Shown here one piece after another: positions 60,423 through 64,000 of a stretch of DNA of 64,000 nucleotides (positions within the stretch are counted from its first letter, which is position 1; each line of letters starts with the position of its first letter). Source of the stretch: Desulfurococcaceae archaeon. GTDB lineage: Archaea > Thermoproteota > Thermoprotei_A > Sulfolobales > Desulfurococcaceae. A program made the position numbers and the translations under genes. The notes beneath the pieces were generated by a model. The model was not told the origin of the DNA. It saw nothing but the letters and a program-made list of their open reading frames with translations, and did not search any database. Location of the stretch: positions 17,566-81,565 of the forward strand of contig JAWBAI010000005.1 of the NCBI GenBank assembly GCA_038816475.1. Direction: 5' to 3'.

Positions 60423-61496
60423 TTAATCTCCCATTACCATTGCCATCACAGCTTTCTGAACATGTAGTCTGTTCTCTGCTTCCTCGAAGTAGAGGCTCTT
60501 CTCGTACTTGTCCAGCACTTCGTCTGTAACTTCTTGACCACGGTCAGCTGGACCACAGTGCATGTAGTATGGTTTCCCGGCTTTCTCCAGCCTTTCGACT
60601 GTTACTATCCAGTCCTTGAACTTGTCCTGGTAAGCTTTGGCTCCCTCTTTATCCACGAAGGTGTTGTAAGGTGGGAAGAACCCCTTTGGGCTCCAGGCTT
60701 TCGGGTATACTAGGAAAGCTCCTTCGAACGCTTCATCCATGTTGTGTAGTATTTTGAACTCGCTACCCCAGTACTCGGAGTACTTCTTTATCCTCTGCAC
60801 TACTTCGTCCATTAGCTCGAAGCCGGGTGGATGAGCTAGGTAAACGTCTGCTCCCAGTAATGCAAACATTGAGGCAACATCCTGTGGTACAGCAAGTGGC
60901 TTTAATCCTCCACTGTAAGCGTAGCTAACAACAATTTTCTTACCTCTGAGGTCCTTGGGCCAGCCAAGTACCTCCATAGCGGCCATTGCGTCAGCAAGTG
61001 CTTGGAAGGGATGCCATATGTCATCCTCCATGTTTAAAACCGGAACCGATGACCACTTGGCGAACTCTTCGATAACCCTGTGACCTCGACCAATTATCCA
61101 CTTGGCGGCATCTCCGTATATTCTTATAGCTATACCGTTTCCATATCTGCTTAGAACTCTGGCAACATCGCTTATAGCCTCTGTTTGATACGGGATCATG
61201 TCCTCGGGTAACGTGGGTGTGTAAACCTGGTCTGGGCTTATGTATATGGCTTGTCCACCAAGCTGGTACATACCTGTTTGAAAACTGTTCCTTGTTCTAA
61301 GGCTCTTATTGTAGAATATGAGGTACAGTGTTTTACCATCAAGCCAGTTTACCTTCCTAATACCTCGGTGGTACATCTCCTTGAGTTCTCTAGCAGCCTG
61401 CAGAACCTTTAGGATCGTATCAAGATCGTATTCGTAGTTGGAAATCCAGTGCTTACCGTGGAGATAACCCACAAACCAGGGTTTATCTCTGGGCAT
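60423..61496 (-). CDS. Carbamoyltransferase, YgeW/knotted transcarbamylase-like (paralog 2)
   Basis: SLRT, HPFQ, SYAYSGGLKPLAVPQ, YPKAWSP, HCGPADRG, EAENR. Confidence 0.88.
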   Translation of the reverse strand: MPRDKPWFVGYLHGKHWISNYEYDLDTILKVLQAARELKEMYHRGIRKVNWLDGKTLYLIFYNKSLRTRNSFQTGMYQLGGQAIYISPDQVYTPTLPEDMIPYQTEAISDVARVLSRYGNGIAIRIYGDAAKWIIGRGHRVIEEFAKWSSVPVLNMEDDIWHPFQALADAMAAMEVLGWPKDLRGKKIVVSYAYSGGLKPLAVPQDVASMFALLGADVYLAHPPGFELMDEVVQRIKKYSEYWGSEFKILHNMDEAFEGAFLVYPKAWSPKGFFPPYNTFVDKEGAKAYQDKFKDWIVTVERLEKAGKPYYMHCGPADRGQEVTDEVLDKYEKSLYFEEAENRLHVQKAVMAMVMGD

Positions 61497-61580
61497 ACAC
61501 TAACACCAGCTATCACATCATGTTAAGGTACTTTGAGTTTAAAAATGCGATTCTCGGGACCTGCTGCTTGTTCACGTTGA

Positions 61581-61844
61581 CTAGGAAAGGTTTACGACTT
61601 CTATACCCATGTTCTCGAGTAACTGCTTGATAAGCGCGTAGTCCAGCTCACTAAGGCATTTATCAAGTTTAATTTCTGCTTGCAATCCACCCTCCTCTAC
61701 CACGGGTGATCCACTGAAGAAAACAACAGGTTTATACCCCTTCTCCATGAGGAGATCGCTGAGTTCTCTGACCACGTAGGTTACTGCAACACTACTCCAT
61801 GCTCTCTTCAAAACTATTGAGTTTCTACTAACCTCAGCACGCAT
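61581..61844 (-). CDS. Small hypothetical protein within the purine cluster
   Basis: 87-aa ORF with ATG, purine-rich leader and upstream TATA-like element. Confidence 0.6.
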   Translation of the reverse strand: MRAEVSRNSIVLKRAWSSVAVTYVVRELSDLLMEKGYKPVVFFSGSPVVEEGGLQAEIKLDKCLSELDYALIKQLLENMGIEVVNLS

Positions 61845-62146
61845 AAATACCCACTTGTTTTAAACCTTGTTAGGGAAGATGCAGGTTATATATTATTCGG
61901 GAGCTACAATTTCCGCGAACGAACTCAAGAGCGCTGAAGCATGCAAACTCTCTCAGGAATGTGAGTGACTATCTGCGTATCAATGGTACCAAAAAGTAGT
62001 TCACCTCTTCTGGTTCTCTTTTTGCCCTGTTTACATCATTTAGCACTCATTGAATCCCATCGCTCGGGAAGTAGCATACAGCATCCCTACTACTAACTTT
62101 ACCCCGGTAAATAGCTTGAATATTTTAGTTAATTAAGACCTTGAGT

Positions 62147-63475
62147 TTACTTGCGAAGCAGAATTGAACCAATGTATACTCCTGAGCCGGGTTTACCCAC
62201 GAGTTCACCCTTCTCAATAACAAGGTTTCCACGAACGATCGCGTACCTAGGATGACCGTAGACCTTCAAACCCTCCCACGGTGTCCAATCCACCTTGTGG
62301 TGGTGTGTTCTGTGCGATATTGTTCTCGGGTTTCTAACATCCAGGACAACCAGGTCTGCTTGACTACCGGGTGCTATTGCACCCAACGTAGGGTACAAGC
62401 CGAGTAAGCGTGCGGGATTCTCCGAGAAGACCTTGATGAAGGTTTCAAAGCTTATTCTACGCTCCATAACACCGTAGGTATATAGAAACGGGCCCATCAC
62501 CTCGAGGTTTGGTATACCACTCCAAGCACTCCACACATCCTTTTCCTTCATCTCCCTTGGGCATGGTGCGTTGTCACTAGCGTAGATATCGACAACTCCT
62601 CTCGCGATTCCTCTCCACAGGGCTTCTCTATCCTCGCTTGTTTTAAGCGTTGGAGCCATCTTCAGGTACGTTCCGTACTTAACACTATCCTCCCTTGTGA
62701 AGTAGAGGTAGTGCGGGCATGTTTCAGCTGTGATCCCAGTACTCAGCCTCTTCAGGTACTCAACAGCTTGAACACCCTCTTTGCTCGAGAGATGTGCTAT
62801 GTGAACCCTTGCTCCTACATCAGCAGCTGCTAATCCTACTCTCATAATAGCCGATGCTTCAGCGTAACCAGTTCTGCTCATGTGGTAAGCTAGTATGCTG
62901 TTGGAGCTTCTATGCTTCTCCTCGTAGTAGTCTACGAGGCCATCGTCTTCGGCGTGAACGATGAGAACAGCGTTGTTGTCCCTTACCTTCTCCATGATCC
63001 GGGGTACAGCTGATTCGTCCACTTTGAAGGGTCTGCAGGTGAACATCTTGAAGGTTTTAACACCGTGCTTTGCGAGAAGGTCAATGGACGCAATGTTGTC
63101 TCCTCTGAGGAATCCACCGGTTACACCGTAGTTAATGTAGGATTTCCTAGAGGCTTCGTTTATCTTGTGGTAGAGTGCACCGAGGTTGTCAACGTGGACT
63201 CTCAGAGGCATATCCACGATGGTTGTTATGCAACCGTAGAGAGCAGCAAGACTACCTGATTCCCAATCCTCGTTAACCGCGTACTCTGGGTCGTAGACAT
63301 GAGCGTGAACATCTATTCCACCCGGTACAACGGGGAGACCTTCTCCGTCAACCACGACATCCGCAGGCTTCTCTAGCTTAGATACGGACTTGATGTACCC
63401 GTCCTCAACCAGGATAGATCCCTCCACGAGCTCTCCATTGATTGGTATCCTAACGTTTCTTAGGAGAAGCGTCAT
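62147..63475 (-). CDS. Cyclic amidohydrolase (hydantoinase/dihydropyrimidinase/allantoinase-like, HyuA-like)
   Basis: DVHAH, DMP, TFKMF (carbamylated Lys), HAED, HIAHLSS, ETCPHYL, SDNAP, WTPWEG. Confidence 0.9.
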   Translation of the reverse strand: MTLLLRNVRIPINGELVEGSILVEDGYIKSVSKLEKPADVVVDGEGLPVVPGGIDVHAHVYDPEYAVNEDWESGSLAALYGCITTIVDMPLRVHVDNLGALYHKINEASRKSYINYGVTGGFLRGDNIASIDLLAKHGVKTFKMFTCRPFKVDESAVPRIMEKVRDNNAVLIVHAEDDGLVDYYEEKHRSSNSILAYHMSRTGYAEASAIMRVGLAAADVGARVHIAHLSSKEGVQAVEYLKRLSTGITAETCPHYLYFTREDSVKYGTYLKMAPTLKTSEDREALWRGIARGVVDIYASDNAPCPREMKEKDVWSAWSGIPNLEVMGPFLYTYGVMERRISFETFIKVFSENPARLLGLYPTLGAIAPGSQADLVVLDVRNPRTISHRTHHHKVDWTPWEGLKVYGHPRYAIVRGNLVIEKGELVGKPGSGVYIGSILLRK

Positions 63476-63581
63476 AGGGTGTCAACCCACATGTAAGCTT
63501 AGCTCCTTAAGGTAAACCCGGCGTGGTATACTAACTTCGCTCGAGGTTAAAAACGCTCATCTGTGGTTGATCCACCTTTTT

Positions 63582-63998
63582 CTACTTTAATCCGGGTGGA
63601 ACGTAGATCACGGGTACTATTGCAAGACCTGCTGCGTGGTCTTGCTCTAGCTCATCTAGAGCGTTGTACTTGACAGCTAGTTCTAGTACGTCAATGTAGT
63701 AGAGAAATGGTGTTCCACTCTCGCACAGCACTCTCCAGTACCTTTTTCTATCCTTCTTGATTCTAGCTTTACGTTCACCGACAATCCGCTGTAGTTCACC
63801 AATGTTTCTCACTGCGAGGGGTTCAAGTACTTCGTCAACGCACTGAAGGTAAAAGTCGAGTACCGTGTAGTCCGCTATTCTCATGTGTAGCTTCCAGTCG
63901 TTAATACTCATCTCCCTGCAGACGTGAACAGTTGATGCAGAGTACTTTTCGAGGTAACCTCTGTACGTGTTACCTACTACAATACCCGGTGATACGTA
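63582..63998 (-). CDS. Hypothetical protein, 5' end beyond window edge
   Basis: The frame of ORF 63582-63911 stays open to the window end (YVSPGIVVGNTYRGYLEK...). Confidence 0.7.
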   Translation of the reverse strand, partial: YVSPGIVVGNTYRGYLEKYSASTVHVCREMSINDWKLHMRIADYTVLDFYLQCVDEVLEPLAVRNIGELQRIVGERKARIKKDRKRYWRVLCESGTPFLYYIDVLELAVKYNALDELEQDHAAGLAIVPVIYVPPGLK

Positions 63999-64000
63999 CG

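Noticed and set aside
56455-61496. Annotation of the carbamoyltransferases plus carbamate kinase as an arginine deiminase (arcABC) pathway
   Set aside because: No arginine/agmatine deiminase in the window; both enzymes lack the OTC SMG and exact HCLP motifs and carry YgeW-type loops
1-64000. CRISPR array, tRNA, rRNA, transposase/integrase
   Set aside because: No regularly spaced 24-40 bp repeats, T-loop/cloverleaf signatures or recombinase motifs were recognised by eye

Overview
Gene-dense archaeal chromosome segment, most likely a hyperthermophilic crenarchaeon of Desulfurococcales type. This is inferred from archaeal MAT, NucS, RIO2, TIP49, Rqc2/NEMF and Trm112, plus GGTG(G/A) ribosome-binding sites and BRE/TATA promoters. 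Bases 1-37,100 are mostly housekeeping: a metal ABC transporter with an atypical NikR-like regulator, RNA/ribosome maturation genes, pyrF-pyrE-pyrK-pyrD, RNase HII, a DRG GTPase, two candidate box C/D sRNAs and one gene split by an in-frame stop. Bases ~37,200-63,500 form a ~26-kb nucleic acid/purine utilisation island. It encodes a BMP-type nucleoside ABC importer, a surface-anchored thermonuclease, an EamA transporter, carbamate kinase, a three-subunit xanthine-dehydrogenase-family molybdoenzyme, adenine deaminase and a second deaminase. It also encodes an SsnA-like hydrolase, a hydantoinase-like enzyme, a PreA/DHOD-like flavo-FeS protein lacking the catalytic Cys, two YgeW-like carbamoyltransferases, two PLP fold-II enzymes and a MoaD/ThiS-like protein. 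My best reading is an archaeal variant of the anaerobic 2,8-dioxopurine (ygeW/hyuA/ygfK/ssnA/xdh-type) purine degradation pathway with several apparent gene replacements. No rRNA, tRNA, CRISPR array or mobile element was recognised. All assignments are by-eye motif recognition; no searches were run.
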